A DNA stretch of 63,861 bases, filler included, from Octopus bimaculoides (lineage: Eukaryota), in the NCBI RefSeq assembly GCF_001194135.2. It is 8 parts of 8 records of this genome, joined end to end, with 100 filler letters (N's around TTAATTAATTAA, not from the genome) between each part and the next. Parts side by side here need not be neighbours in the genome. Positions count along the whole stretch, not along the records: positions 28,661 to 38,369 come from NC_069004.1; positions 38,470 to 57,896 come from NC_069008.1; 6 more parts are not named here. One strand, given 5' to 3'. Below, in pieces: positions 37,507 through 51,929 of the stretch. The translations under genes were made by a program, and so were the position numbers. Numbering within the stretch: the stretch's first letter is position 1; each line of letters opens with the position of its first letter. The notes beneath the pieces are model-generated. The model did no database searches, was not told the origin of the DNA, and saw only the letters and a list, made by a program, of their open reading frames with translations.

Positions 37507-37940
37507 CATACTCTATCCAGATGACAAGTTCGAGTTTATACCTGTAATCATTGGGGCTCTGGGATATGTAACACACTGTCTAAATACCAATCATGATAAA
37601 TTAGGCTTCTCAGAACCAGAAAGGGGAAAGCTCATTCGAAGACTACAGATCCAATCCATCACTGGAACTGTGAAAATCTGTAAAACTTTCCAGAAGTTTA
37701 TCATTTAAACATATATGAGCATGTCGAGATATGCAACTATATGCATTGGAATACATACAGAAAGCATACAAATATTCACATACATACATATATGCATACA
37801 TACATACATACATACGTACATACGTACATACATACACAAATACCCCGTTGTAGATATTGAAATTGCAATGAAGGAGTCTTGGACGTAGGTTAGAAATCAG
37901 GTCTTTCTCTATTAGCAAGACATCTTGAAATAAATTGTAT
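37507..37940 (+). mobile_element. R4/Dong-like LINE extreme 3' end with 3' UTR
   Basis: FEFIPVIIGALG...LQIQSITGTVKICKTF* is the typical ORF end of RLE LINEs; followed by a (CATA)n-containing tail. Confidence 0.75.
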
Positions 37941-38294
37941 AATGACATACGCACAGATATTGATACATGTACATACCAACTTTCATGTGTGTATGCATGA
38001 GTGCTTCTAAGTGTGTTATATATGGATCTATGAGACAAATACTGTAATGGTAGTAGTAATTCGCAGCGAGAGATAGGGTTATATGTAAGACATAATTAGT
38101 AGTGGAAGTAAGAGGTCATATTTTCATAGGGAACATACACAATTTTTAGCACCGATGTGGAAACAGATGCTGTAGAAAAATCACGTTTACTCTTTAGTCT
38201 CTAAGACCAGAAGATCGAGGTCGACCCCGACTACAGTTTGATCTGAGGTCAGTCGTGTATATAAATATGCATAAATATGTCTGTATATTATGCT

Positions 38295-38369
<75 letters not shown>

Positions 38370-40718
38370 NNNNNNNNNNNNNNNNNNNNNNNNNNNNNNN
38401 NNNNNNNNNNNNNTTAATTAATTAANNNNNNNNNNNNNNNNNNNNNNNNNNNNNNNNNNNNNNNNNNNNGTGCTAACGTTTCTGCCAGCTCGTCGTCTTG
38501 AGATCTCTATAGACCAGTTAGAAATGTCAAGCAAATCTCCCTCAAAATATCCTGCGGTCATAAAAGCAACGCCAAACATTACTGGACAACGTAATCTGAG
38601 GTAGAATATTTGTATAAAAGACGAAAATGTCCTGCTGGTCGATTCGAGCTAAATAACAACATTGCACCCTCTACTCACATATTCACAGAAACACATTTAC
38701 ACCCAACCCTCATATGTTTGTTTGAACCATCCAGGCATACTTCTACATGGTAAATTAACCTGTTAGAAATGGGAGCTAAATTCCCTTAGTTTACATCCTG
38801 CTATCACATGTAGGTGTATATACATTTGCTAGCCTACTATGAAGAAAACTACAGTGAGACCTGTTAGAAATAGCAGCTAAATCTCTCTCCAAATGTTTGT
38901 AATGCTGTTAGGGCTGAAAACAGGATAACAGATATATTAGTGTACTCTTAGATACAATGTCTAGCATTAAGACGAGTCGATCATGCTTGGAGAGCCTCTG
39001 GTCACAGGTCTGCTAAACAACAACAATAGTTGTGATAGTCTTGCTTCAGACAGTAAAGTAAAAGTGACAATGGTGTTTGGGTTTCGGCTTGTTATAAAAC
39101 TTCAGGGTAACTTAAATAACGATGAAGTCCCTTTGCACTATAGCGTTGGGTTGTTCAATGTACTGTCAGTGACATTTGCTAAACGGAAATGGTTGAAGAG
39201 GTAGTGTGACGAACTAAGAGCTCAGATGGCCTAATGGATAGGGCAGAGGTTTGTCCCTGTGGCACTGCATAGTGTCAGTGATTAACTTTCAGAATCATTC
39301 ACTTTACCTAGGTTAATTATCACTGAAAGAGAAAACGAAGAGCCAAAGAATGACGAACAAGTAATCTGATGGAGAACATTTCAAAAGCATTTCAAAAGAG
39401 GATGTTCCACGTGGCCTTAAGTCAGATTTGGTTGGACTATTTCTTTCGGCTCTTTTACAACCATGGAAACACACACACACATNNNNNNNNNNNNNNNNNN
39501 NNNNNNNNNNNNNNNNNNNNNNNNNNNNNNNNNNNNNNNNNNNNNNNNNNNNNNNNNNNNNNNNNNNNNNNNNNNNNNNNNNNNNNNNNNNNNNNNNNNN
39601 NNNNNNNNNNNNNNNNNNNNNNNNNNNNNNNNNNNNNNNNNNNNNNNNNNNNNNNNNNNNNNNNNNNNNNNNNNNNNNNNNNNNNNNNNNNNNNNNNNNN
39701 NNNNNNNNNNNNNNNNNNNNNNNNNNNNNNNNNNNNNNNNNNNNNNNNNNNNNNNNNNNNNNNNNNNNNNNNNNNNNNNNNNNNNNNNNNNNNNNNNNNN
39801 NNTATATATATATATATGTATGTATGTATCGTTGTTATTATGCAAAAGTGTCGTAAGTCTAAAACATCTGAAGCATCTGAAAAAATAAAAACGCATTTTG
39901 CCAAATTTGGACATAGGATAATTTCATTTACACATTTTACGCAGATGTCACATTGTTGCTAATTTTGACGCTATTAGTAACATGAACTCGCTGATTACAT
40001 ACTGTAATCAGTGTATGCGAGTGTGTATGTAAAGTATGTATATAGATGTTTATGTATATGTATCAATGTGTGTCTGTATTTGTAACTCCGTTTCTCTCTT
40101 TAAAATTTCTGCGCGTTGATCGGTCACGACCGAGATGATTATACTTCCAATGACAAACACTAACAGGCGCGCAACATTTCCATACTCGAATTGCGCAAGA
40201 TAACAAATATCATCTTCTCTCAAAATAATATATTATCTGGGAAATTACAAATGAATTTCTTCAAATTGTATCGACATTTCTTTAAAGCTGTTCAAAATAT
40301 CATCAATTTCTTACTTCAGATAGAAACAAAATTAAATTTATTTTACGTATTTCATTTAGTACATTGTTAATATTATTAAGACCATGGCTCATATATATAT
40401 ATATATATATTATACACAAACATATATTCATATATTTGTGTACACATTCATAAATATATATATGTATGTATGTATGTATATATATATGTATGCATTTATA
40501 GATACATGATTACATGTCTGCACACATACGTACATACAACGCATACATAGATAAAGGCGCACGCACACAGGCACACACATATAATGTGTTCAACACACTG
40601 AAATTATTCCAATCGAAGTGGGTTACTTTCATATATAGCACTCAATACAGACTACAAGTGTACTTTATTAGTTAGCACTACAAAGCCCTTGACTGTCCTC
40701 ATACATACATACATACAT

Positions 40719-40755
<37 letters not shown>

Positions 40756-40775
40756 TACATACATGCATGCATACA

Positions 40776-40806
<31 letters not shown>

Positions 40807-41435
40807 GTGTGTATTTATGTATGTATTAAATATGTATGAATGTAAGCATTTACGCATGATTATANNNNNNNNNNNNNNNNNNNNNNNNNNNNNNNNNATA
40901 TATATATATATATATATATATACATACACACATACATACAGACACACATACTTCCATACACACATACACGCACACGCACAATCACACACACACATTATAT
41001 ATGTATAGACATACAGACAGACATTTACAAGGAATCTATAATTAATATCTTTTTATATGTTTAAGACATTTTCGAGCGCCAAGCAAAGATTATAAAAAAG
41101 TAATACTCCCATAAGACCCGAACTGTCTAATTTCTTGGACTAGTGATCAAAAATGTCTTTAATGGCGGAACGTCATTTGTGATTTGAATTCTGATTGAAA
41201 AATTACTGATTTTCTTCAGTTTAATACTTTGATTTTCTGATAGTTAACATAACATAAATTTCATTAAAAAGTTAAGAAGAATCCACTTTCCCGCTGCTGT
41301 GTACTCATTCTTCCATATGTATGTATATATGTATGTACGTATGTATGTATGTATGTATGTATGTATGTATGTATGTATATGGGTGTGTGTGTGTGTGTAC
41401 ATGTATATATATGTAAATATATGTATATATATATA

Positions 41436-41485
<50 letters not shown>

Positions 41486-41625
41486 TGTACAAACATGCAT
41501 GTATGTATATATATACATATATATTATATGCATGCATGCATGCATGCATGCATACAGACAGATAGACAGATACACACAGATAGACAGAGACACAGACATA
41601 CAGATACACAGACAGACAGGCAGAC

Positions 41626-41671
<46 letters not shown>

Positions 41672-41672
41672 G

Positions 41673-41725
<53 letters not shown>

Positions 41726-41829
41726 GCATACGTGCATATAATCTTCTATTCTTTTATTGATTTCAGTCGTAGGACTACGACCATGCTGGAGCACTGCCTT
41801 AATATATTTTCTTCCTCTTTTGTCATCGC

Positions 41830-43504
41830 TTTTTGGCTGGAAGACGGTCTGCAGCCGATCTTCCCTGAATGTATTCTTCAATTGTTGGCTGGTCTGGTAT
41901 CGTTGTTAACCGTTTATTCAACGTTTTGCTTTTTCTAATGTTTCAGTAGGTTTTTTATTTTTATTTTTTATTTTTATTTTTTTGCTTTTCTGATTTCTTT
42001 AGGTATGCAGTTGATATTCAGAGGATCTCAAAATGTCGGACTGGTATAATAGGTTTTTTTGCTCATCATTTCGAAAGTGGTATATTTCGAAGCTGACAAT
42101 ATCTATCAGTTCATGCACTAAAATTCTCTCTAATGCCGAAGTTTGGAACATGCCTCTCCAGGATTTTCCTTACGTATGTCATAGCATATCTTTCACTTCG
42201 GTATTCAAGAGAGTAGAGACGCAGAACTTTCGAACGTTCCCAGTAATTCGGGATTTTAACCGAAGGTATTTTACTGGTGAACGTTCTTTGTAACCTTCAA
42301 TCTGTACTATGAGACCGGATGAGTTTGAAGACCAAAGCTGTGGGCAGTAGTCCAATCTGTTCAGAACTAAGATTTTCTATATAATCAGCATACCTAGCGG
42401 TCCCTTGTCTCGAAGGTTCGTAGGATTCATCCTATAAGATTTCTGCATTGAGAGGTCAGTTTGGTGATGTGACATGATTTCTCAGTTTAGTGATTTGACA
42501 TGATTACTCCTGGGCCCTGTATGTTATTAGCGCTCTGAATTACTGTGTCATTTGGCGTCAAAAATGTGATCTGCATGTATTCCATCCGTAATGCAGAACC
42601 TGAAATTTTGATGCATTTAATTTCATATTGTTTTTTATCTATCCATTAATAACCATTAATAAATGGAGTTATGTTCCTTTTGAAGTGTGACAACATCTTC
42701 CGGAGTTTTGATACCAATCGATGATATTTCCTTTTCTTTTTCTTTTTTTTTTTTTTGGTATCGGAGTTGCTCGTCAAATAGGCCCAGTGCACTTGTGAGC
42801 TTATACTTGATAGGGTGATGATAAATAACAATAGTCCTAGAACCGTGCCCTCAAAGAACCATTCTCCAAGTTTTCATGCGATATAAAAATCCCTTAGTCT
42901 ATGCTAGGTGATACCATAGTCACTCTTGACAAACACTTTAGCAAAATCAAGGAGTAGACAGTTAGTTTTCATCCCTCTCAACAGATTATTGAAGATTGTT
43001 ATTGTACTGTAATAGTTGTGACAGACAACTTCGTCCAGTCCAAAAACCATGTTGTATATTATCTAAGAGGTTGTTTTCCTCAAGGTACGTAAGTATTGTT
43101 TTTTCGGACAATGCGTTTGACAATTTTAGATGCGTGAGATGTGAGAGAAACAGGTTTGTACTTTTAGCTTCAGCCTTGTTTTCTCCTTCGTATATACGTG
43201 TTACTTTTGTGTATTTCAGTAGTTCTGGGAATATGCCGGTATCTAGCAACTTTTGAAATAGCATCTTTAATGGTTTGGTGACGCTGTTTTTGCACGTTTC
43301 TAACAATAGGGCTGAGAGACCATCTGGTCCGGAAGCTGAGTTTGAATCGAGATCATTAATAGGTGTAAGTATATCCTCTTCCATAATACTATTCATTTTT
43401 AACTGTGTTTCTGCAACTGAATTCTGGGGATCAAAGAATTCGTTTGGATTATGTGCTATTCTGTTGGTTATGGGCTGAGAAAATGCTAACTCAAGAGTGC
43501 GCAT
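41830..43504 (-). mobile_element. Degenerate CR1/L2-like LINE reverse-transcriptase region
   Basis: SASGPDGLSALLLETCK..KPLKMLFQKLLDTG, QHGFWTGRSCLSQLL, then degenerate DFAK..DK and GTVLGLLLFII motifs; frameshifts and stops. Confidence 0.88.
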
Positions 43505-44929
43505 ATTTGTGATGATGCATTTTGGTCCATGTACATCTTGTTAAAGTCATCATCTTTTTCCCATTTACTTTTTCGAGATGTCGTTCGATGGCATCCTTAG
43601 AACAGAGTTTTCAGCTTTCTCTCTTTCTCTCTGCCTGTCCTCTCTCCCCTCTTTCTCTTTCTACCTCCCTCTCTCTCTCTCTTTCTATCTATCTATCTAT
43701 CTATCTATTTATCTGTCGTCTGTTTAGTTAGATATATACGTGCACCAAATTTCCTCCTCTATGTCTCTCTTTCACATTCACTTTCTCTGTCTGTCTGTCT
43801 GTCTCTTTCTCTTTCTCACACACACACACATGAGCGCGCATACACGCACACATGTTAAACTGACGCTTATGTTATCGACCTCGAAAGGATGAAAGGTAAA
43901 GTCGGCCTCGGCGGGATTGGAACTCAGAACGTAAAGACGGACAAAATACCGCTAAGCATTTTTCCCGACTCACTAACGATCCTGTACTCGCTACTTTAAA
44001 TATGCTTATAATATCGGTTACAAATTCTGCCACAAGGNNNNNNNNNNNNNNNNNNNNNNNNNNNNNNNNNNNNNNNNNNNNNNNNNNNNNNNNNNNNNNN
44101 NNNNNNNNNNNNNNNNNNNNNNNNNNNNNNNNNNNNNNNNNNNNNNNNNNNNNNNNNNNNNNNNNNNNNNNNNNNNNNNNNNNNNNNNNNNNNNNNNNNN
44201 NNNNNNNNNNNNNNNNNNNNNNNNNNNNNNNNNNNNNNNNNNNNNNNNNNNNNNNNNNNNNNNNNNNNNNNNNNNNNNNNNNNNNNNNNNNNNNNNNNNN
44301 NNNNNNNNNNNNNNNNNNNNNNNNNNNNNNNNNNNNNNNNNNNNNNNNNNNNNNNNNNNNNNNNNNNNNNNNNNNNNNNNNNNNNNNNNNNNNNNNNNNN
44401 NNNNNNNNNNNNNNNNNNNNNNNNNNNNNNNNNNNNNNNNNNNNNNNNNNNNNNNNNNNNNNNNNNNNNNNNNNNNNNNNNNNNNNNNNNNNNNNNNNNN
44501 NNNNNNNNNNNNNNNNNNNNNNNNNNNNNNNNNNNNNNNNNNNNNNNNNNNNNNNNNNNNNNNNNNNNNNNNNNNNNNNNNNNNNNNNNNNNNNNNNNNN
44601 NNNNNNNNNNNNNNNNNNNNNNNNNNNNNNNNNNNNNNNNNNNNNNNNNNNNNNNNNNNNNNNNNNNNNNNNNNNNNNNNNNNNNNNNNNNNNNNNNNNN
44701 NNNNNNNNNNNNNNNNNNNNNNNNNNNNNNNNNNNNNNNNNNNNNNNNNNNNNNNNNNNNNNNNNNNNNNNNNNNNNNNNNNNNNNNNNNNNNNNNNNNN
44801 NNNNNNNNNNNNNNNNNNNNNNNNNNNNNNNNNNNNNNNNNNNNNNNNNNNNNNNNNNNNNNNNNNNNNNNNNNNNNNNNNNNNNNNNNNNNNNNNNNNN
44901 NNATGTTATTCTTATACAAGAATCTTCTT

Positions 44930-45013
44930 GACAGAGACATCGAAGTTTCGGCCGGCTAACCCATCGTCGGACAGTTCGACGCTGGCTTAGCTACCCGAAA
45001 CTTCGATGTCACT
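44930..45013. ncRNA. Two back-to-back degenerate hammerhead motifs forming a 37-bp inverted repeat
   Basis: Minus: CCGACGA TGG..CC GAAAC TTCGAT GTC TCTGTC; plus: GACAGT TCGACGC TGG..CC GAAAC TTCGAT GTC. Confidence 0.5.
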
Positions 45014-45270
45014 ATTAATAACATTCTTGTTTAAGAATAATAAATTTGTATTCTGCAAAAGTATTGAGTAACCCATCAGATTAATGAAAAATTGTTTTTA
45101 TTATAACTGAATATAAACACACACACACACGGACACACGAACACACACATATATATGAACATGAATAACATACATATATACACACACACACATGCATATA
45201 TGTATATGTATATGTGTATATATATATATATATATTTGTGTGTGTATCTGTATATATGTATATATATATT

Positions 45271-45316
<46 letters not shown>

Positions 45317-48160
45317 TGTGTCTGTATGAGTGCATTTAGGGAGAAAGAGGATGAGAGATACATGCATGCACACATACACACACACTCACACGTACACACA
45401 GAGAAAGTATCTCTCTCACACACACACACATATACACACACACACATATACACACACACATACACACACACATACACACACACACATACACACACACACA
45501 TACACACANNNNNNNNNNTTTGTATGAGGGTCTTTACATTTCTCCTTAAAACGTCACTGTCCACCTACCTCACTCCTTCCCCCTACGCCCACCCCTCTTT
45601 CTCCTCTGATTTTTCTCCACTCACACCGCCTCTCCCACCACCTCTCTCCACCTTCTACTGCTACTTCCACCCACTCACTGGAACAGAACGAGTTAGCTGC
45701 ACACACGCAACTTCCACCAAAACAAAGGAAAAACAAATAAAAACGATAAACAAATAAATAAATAAATAAATATACTCTAGCCGCCATTTTGATTGTTTGT
45801 ATTGTTTATTGCATTTGTTACTGTCGCTGTTCTGCTTGGTAGCCAATGTTTGTGTTGCTGTTGTTGTTAATACTGTTGTATCTATTCGTGTTCTCGCTAT
45901 TGTTGCAGTAATTTCATTGCTGGGATGGTATAATTGATGTTGTTATTGTTGCTGTTGTTTTTTGGCCTTTATATTTGCTGTTGCTTTTGTTTTATTATTT
46001 TAGCTAGTCGCCATCTGCCGAGGTTTTTTTCCTTCCAAACTTGGAGAGGACATTTTCATATTCTCTTCGTCTGTCACTCTGTCAGTTTGTCTGTGTTCAT
46101 CATCATCATCATCATCACCATCACCATCACACCATCACCACTACAAACACTACCACAAACACTACCACCATCACCACCGACACAAGCGCCAATTCCTCGT
46201 TCCCCTCCCACACACACACACATATACACAACTACTACTACCACCACCACTGTCACCTTTTTCTTCTTTCTTTCTGTCTTTCTTTTCTTCCTTAAAGGCA
46301 ATATAATTTAATAATCTCATTAAACGCCACCAACACCCCCATCACCCTCACCACCGTCACCACCACCACAACCATTGTTTTTTTTTTGTTTTTGGTTTTG
46401 CTTTTGTTTTTTATTTGTCACTCCTCTTTCTCTTGCTCATCGTGTCACATGATGCGAAGACACCTCTGAACACTGCACACTTCTCTACACATCAATAACC
46501 TTCTTAACTTCCGGCTGTTTAAATTTAGCCTTAGAAGAGCTAACGAGGGTGCCCCTGCGTGGAAGCTTGGATTATAAGAAATAGCAGCCAAATCATCCTC
46601 AAACCATGTCCCTTCCGTCTCAAACGCTGAAAAACAAAAAAAAAAAAATAGGAAATGTAATATTAGATATCCATGAAAAGACGTGTTGGGTTTCGGTTAG
46701 AATCTTTTTGACTCCAGATCTCCTCGACAAGAGTCGACCTACGACTAAAACATCATCACCATGGCAATGACCCGGCAGCAAAGCCTCTACGCCATCGATC
46801 CGCCGGCTAGAATCCACAGCCAAATCTCCCTCCATTGCGTCTTAATGAAATTAAATGAAACAATGTAGTAGTACATACCCAGGAAAAGATGGGATGGTCG
46901 CGGTTGGTAGGAGCAAAACAAATACAATTACTCAGCTTAGTTTTTAACTCAGCTCCAGTTGTCACCATTTCTTCTTCTTCTTCTTCTTCTTCTTCTTNNN
47001 NNNNNNNTCTTCTTCTTCTTCTTCTTCTTCTTCTTCCTCTTCAGCCTCCTCTTTTTGTTCTTTAGTAACATTACCATTATTATTGTTATTGTCAAGATGA
47101 CGATCTGGCAGAGACGTTTTCACGCAGGACAAAATGCGTAGCGGCATTTTCTCCATTTCTGCGTTCTGAGTTCATATTCCACTGCAGTCGACCTTGCCTT
47201 TTATCCTTCCGGAGTCGATGAAATAAGCACTAGTTCAGCACTAGGGGCCGATATAATTAACTAGCACCCTTCCCTAAAAAATTTCAGGTCTTGTACCTAC
47301 AGCAGAAAGGATTGTTAATGTTGTTGTTTCCACAATACATGTCAAATAATTTTTTGCTGTCCACAACTTTTTCTTAAATTCTTCTCTGTTTGTGCGATTT
47401 AAGAGGATTTTCTGTCTTTCATTGATGTTAACCAGTTCGTGTGCAAACTGGCCAGAAACAAAAAGGAAAGGTCTTTTCGTTGAAGCAGACGAAAGAAAAT
47501 GCTTGCTCAGCAAGTACTGAAAAAAAAAAGACACGAAAAATAATGGATGAGGATGACAGATGATGAAAAAGAGAGGAAGAAGAGGGAAGATTAGAAAATG
47601 ATGGAGTGAGAGAATGGAGTACCTCCAATAAAAAGAACGACAGCAACAACAGAAACGACACTACCATCACTGTTTGATCCAAAACAATATCAAAATATAG
47701 CTAAAATGCTACCTTGTTTACTAAATACCTTCTAGGGTAGTTTGATAAAATTTTAGAGCAGAAATTACCTTTCCTTGATTTTTGCATAATTTATGTAACG
47801 CCCAGGCTCCACATATACGCTTACATACACCGTTGTGTAACTTGAAATATTGAGACTTCCAATATTTTAACAATTTGTAAAATCGCCCATCTTGTATTCA
47901 TTTTAGTCATGTCATTGTCTATTTTATTGTACGTATTTTAAACGTATTGTTGTATCTCTTGACGTCAACCACCCATAGAAGAAACCTCTACATCGTTTCC
48001 CGACTTGCTAGACATGGCAGCTATGTCTCCCTGTAATTACACCTTTATATCTAACCCTAATTCTTTAAAATTACTATTTTAAAATACCACCACCACCACC
48101 ACCAACAGCAACAATAACAGTAACAAAAACAATAACAAGATCAATGTAGTGATAACTGTG

Positions 48161-48490
48161 TGTTGGCACTCCGTCGCTTACGACGTCGAGGGTTCCAGTT
48201 GATCCGATCAACGGAACAGCCTGCTCGTGAAATTAACGTGCAAGTGGCTGAGCACTCCACAGACACGTGTACCCTTAATGTAGTTCTCGGGGATATTCAG
48301 CGTGACACAGTGTGACAAGGCTGACCCTTTGAATTACAGGCACAACAGGAAGTAAGAGTGAGAGAAAGTTGTGGTGGAAGAGTACAGCAGAGTTCGCTCA
48401 ATAAACATTCACAACGCCTGGTCTGGGAATCGAAACCGCGATCCTATGACCGCGAGTCCGCTGCCCTAACCACTGGGCCATTGCGCCTCC
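48161..48490 (-). mobile_element. SINE family A copy
   Basis: Reverse-complement match to 31688-32069, with a short internal deletion. Confidence 0.88.
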
Positions 48491-50279
48491 ACGGTGATAA
48501 CTACAAAGTCAGAACTGCTCACGAAGAATAGGCTCATCTGAGAACCTACGTGCTTCTAGGCAAAGATTCTAGATTCTAGGTTCGATGCGGTTGTGGAAAT
48601 TAGGTAGATTTTGTTATTTGTGCCAGACGTTCTGGAACGGAAAGAGATGACATTTAATGAAAGAGGCATTCTGATGGTTTAACAATTTCACTTACATGGT
48701 CCGGTGAACAGCAAAGATGGCAGTGAGGTATGTTATTTATTAGGAAATATCTGCCTTGGGCTTTTGACAAGAGTGGTGTTGCAAGAAACAAAATAAAGTT
48801 TTGGAAATGAAACTTTTCCCGGTAGAAAAACTGGTTTAGTAAATTTAGAGAAGATTCCCACCCAAAAATACATTCCGAATGGTATGCAACTGCTTCTTGT
48901 TGTGAAAGAAAGGAGTAATTGTTTCCACATAAATGGATGCAATCTCCCCCTGAGGACCACCTGTAATCCACCCCCACCACGTAAAGAATAGACTGCTCTA
49001 CGGTCCTTGCCGCGTCCATAGCAACAATTAAAACGACGACCACACACACACACACACTCTTTCTCTCTCACACACATACACTCGTACGCGTGCGCACACG
49101 CACACACACACAAATGTAAAAATAAACAGCAACAATACAAAGAAGTCTTAAGGTTTTCTAGAAAACACAGGCACATGCTCACACCATAACATGGAAATGC
49201 TTCTATTGTTCTCCGACTATGCCTCAAGTGAGGAGAAGGAGGAGGAATAATGGATCGTGGACTCAAAAATACGTATTTTCGAGCAAGTTAGGTCGACTAT
49301 TCTCAAAACTCGAAAGGTTAGAGAGAGGAAGGTCGCGGGATAGTAGACGTTAGCCACCCATAGAAGAAGCCTCTACATCGATTCCCGACCTGCTAGAAAT
49401 AGCAGCTATTTCTCCCCGTAATTACACCCGTACATTTAACCCTAATATGAAAAGGTACGTTGTCTGCATAACATTAAAAAGACGGTGCTCAAGGATAGAG
49501 TGTCTGGGAGCATAGATCTATTCGGTCGGAGTTGGATCAGAATTAAGTCAGGATACCAGCCACAACAGCAAAACACAAAAACATCGACCAAAATGTAAAC
49601 AGCAACAGGCAAAAACATAATTACATGAAAAACCACAGTAAGAAAAATTGGACAGCAAAAACTACAACAATAACAAAAGATCACAACAAAATTATTCAGA
49701 ACCAACTCCTGAACTACATCCCCCACTGAGGGGACAACAGTGTAATTGATGGAATATTGAATTCGAAGTACCACAGACATACAAACATGTCGCGTGGGGG
49801 TGGAATCCCAACGACACGATCTCCTTTAAAAGGCAACCGATAGAATCCTATGAGATTAAAGGTGTTTCGTAAAAACGTGCTTCTCTCCGCGACACCTATT
49901 TAGTTCAGTATTCCTTTGAAAACAATGAATACCCATTTCTTTCAGCATGATGGAGCCTGTTGCACCATCATTTATCAATGCAGTTAGCCTAACATTTTGC
50001 AGGCACACCCAACTTTAGCAAAACAGCTGACACCATGGCACACTTTATAGTGTTAAATGTTTCTTGAAGTCGACGAAAATAGTATATAGAACGGTACATA
50101 CTGTTCTTGATTTTTTTTTTCTATCTCTTGAAGAGTATAAAACATATTTTGATTCAAGTAAGGTGTTGTTGTTAGAAACAATTTGCAGACCGAAGATTTT
50201 AATGCTATTCCTTACGGTTTCTAAATAACCTGATCCACTGGGGACCTACTGCGTTCTGTCACCACCGCTGGACTGTTGT

Positions 50280-51390
50280 CTTGAAGGAATTTGGTGACAT
50301 CAATGTTGTTTCCCCTCTACACCAGCAACGCTTTCGAGTAGGTCTAGCATGCGAATCTACCGAAGTTTCTTCCCTATGGGTTCTACTCATCTCTCACCCA
50401 TCTCTAGGATCAGTGGCTTCCACTGCCGCGTATGCGATGAAGTTCTTTTTGTCTCTCAATCTATCGACTCCAGTGAGCTCCAGTTTTAATTTTTTTTCCT
50501 TTTCTATTCCTTCAATACGCCAGTGACTTACTTGCCACTACATCCAACAACATCCGCTTTCGCGGGGATAACACTACACTTCATTCCTCTCTAACATTCT
50601 CCAACCATGCATTTTCCATTCACAACCAGCGTACCACGCACCATACACACACTGACTCTATGAAAGCATTGACTTGTAGAGCTACATTAACCCTGTCTTT
50701 ACAACAGCAAGACACAAAGTTTAATCATATCAAGAAAGCATCCTCGCACCATGATACTCTTAATTATGATCAATACTCAGCTAGAGTTCTAAAATCGCCC
50801 CAACTGTTGGACACCACTATCACCGAGTGTTTCTCCAAGCAAAAACACGTCTTTAACATAGATAGAATCGTATCCCTACGACTGGCCCAGAAGGTACTCC
50901 ATATCAATTGATAATCTACCATGTTCAGTCGAGGCTCACAATGGAGTAGTACTTTCACATCTGGGATGCTGCTGCTGCTGCTACCGCCACTGCACACACA
51001 GACATCCACTCAACTGATTGACATAAAATTTTACATGGACATTCCAACCTTTGGCCTATAGAATTGCTATCCACTCTCTCTCTCTCTCTCTCTCTGCTTT
51101 TTCTACCACTGCTATAATAGTCTTCTGTCATTAGAACTGGCTGAGCTCATGCCACTTCATCTCAAGCTCTTCCATCCAACCTCTGTCTCCACCTCTCATT
51201 CTCCCATCATTGTGTCCAACACTAATGAAGAGTTCTTGTTGCTTCGCTCGCCGATGACTCATTTCCATGTTTTCCTAATTCGCTTTCTATTCTATCTGAT
51301 GGTTTCGTCATCAGTATTGGCCTTTTCATTATGTAATTTTCTAACATTACGCTGCCCATTGCCTTCCTCTCTGCATACTGTTCTAGTTTA
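50280..51390 (+). mobile_element. Highly decayed CR1-like LINE pieces
   Basis: Fragments resembling an APE endonuclease and a CR1 C-terminus (..ELAELMP..); similarity judged by eye only. Confidence 0.4.
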
Positions 51391-51929
51391 GGTTGTGGTT
51401 CGTATCCTTGACGGGAGATGGTGCACTCGATTTGGGACCATGTCCGTTTTTGGCAGTTGTATGGATGTTTCTATGGCCATATTTTGTCTGGTAAACATTT
51501 CCAACTCACGAGCCATGATTTTCTAAAATTCCCTCCTTTTTTCTAATCAGTTTTTGGATTACATGTTTTGATTCTGAGTATTTAGTCCTTCGGAAATGTT
51601 TTTATTTATCAAGGCATGCAACGTAGCAGAAATTGTTTTGTATGTGTGACCAGTGTGCAGACCTATTGTCATAAAACCAATCTTAATATTTTGGGATTTG
51701 TATCCGTGTGTTTGTCATTGCACTGGACCCGACATCCAGTAGTTGTTGAAATGATTTTGTATTGCTCCAGTGCAGCCTTCACTTTCTCTTTGTACGATTT
51801 GTACGCCGCATCCAAAACTTTCTTTCTCAGTGCTTTTACTGCTTTTTAATCGTGATGTGATATACATTACTCTGAGCCAAGACACTCATCGCGTAGTCCA
51901 CCGATCTATTGATAAGAACCGAAACAAAT

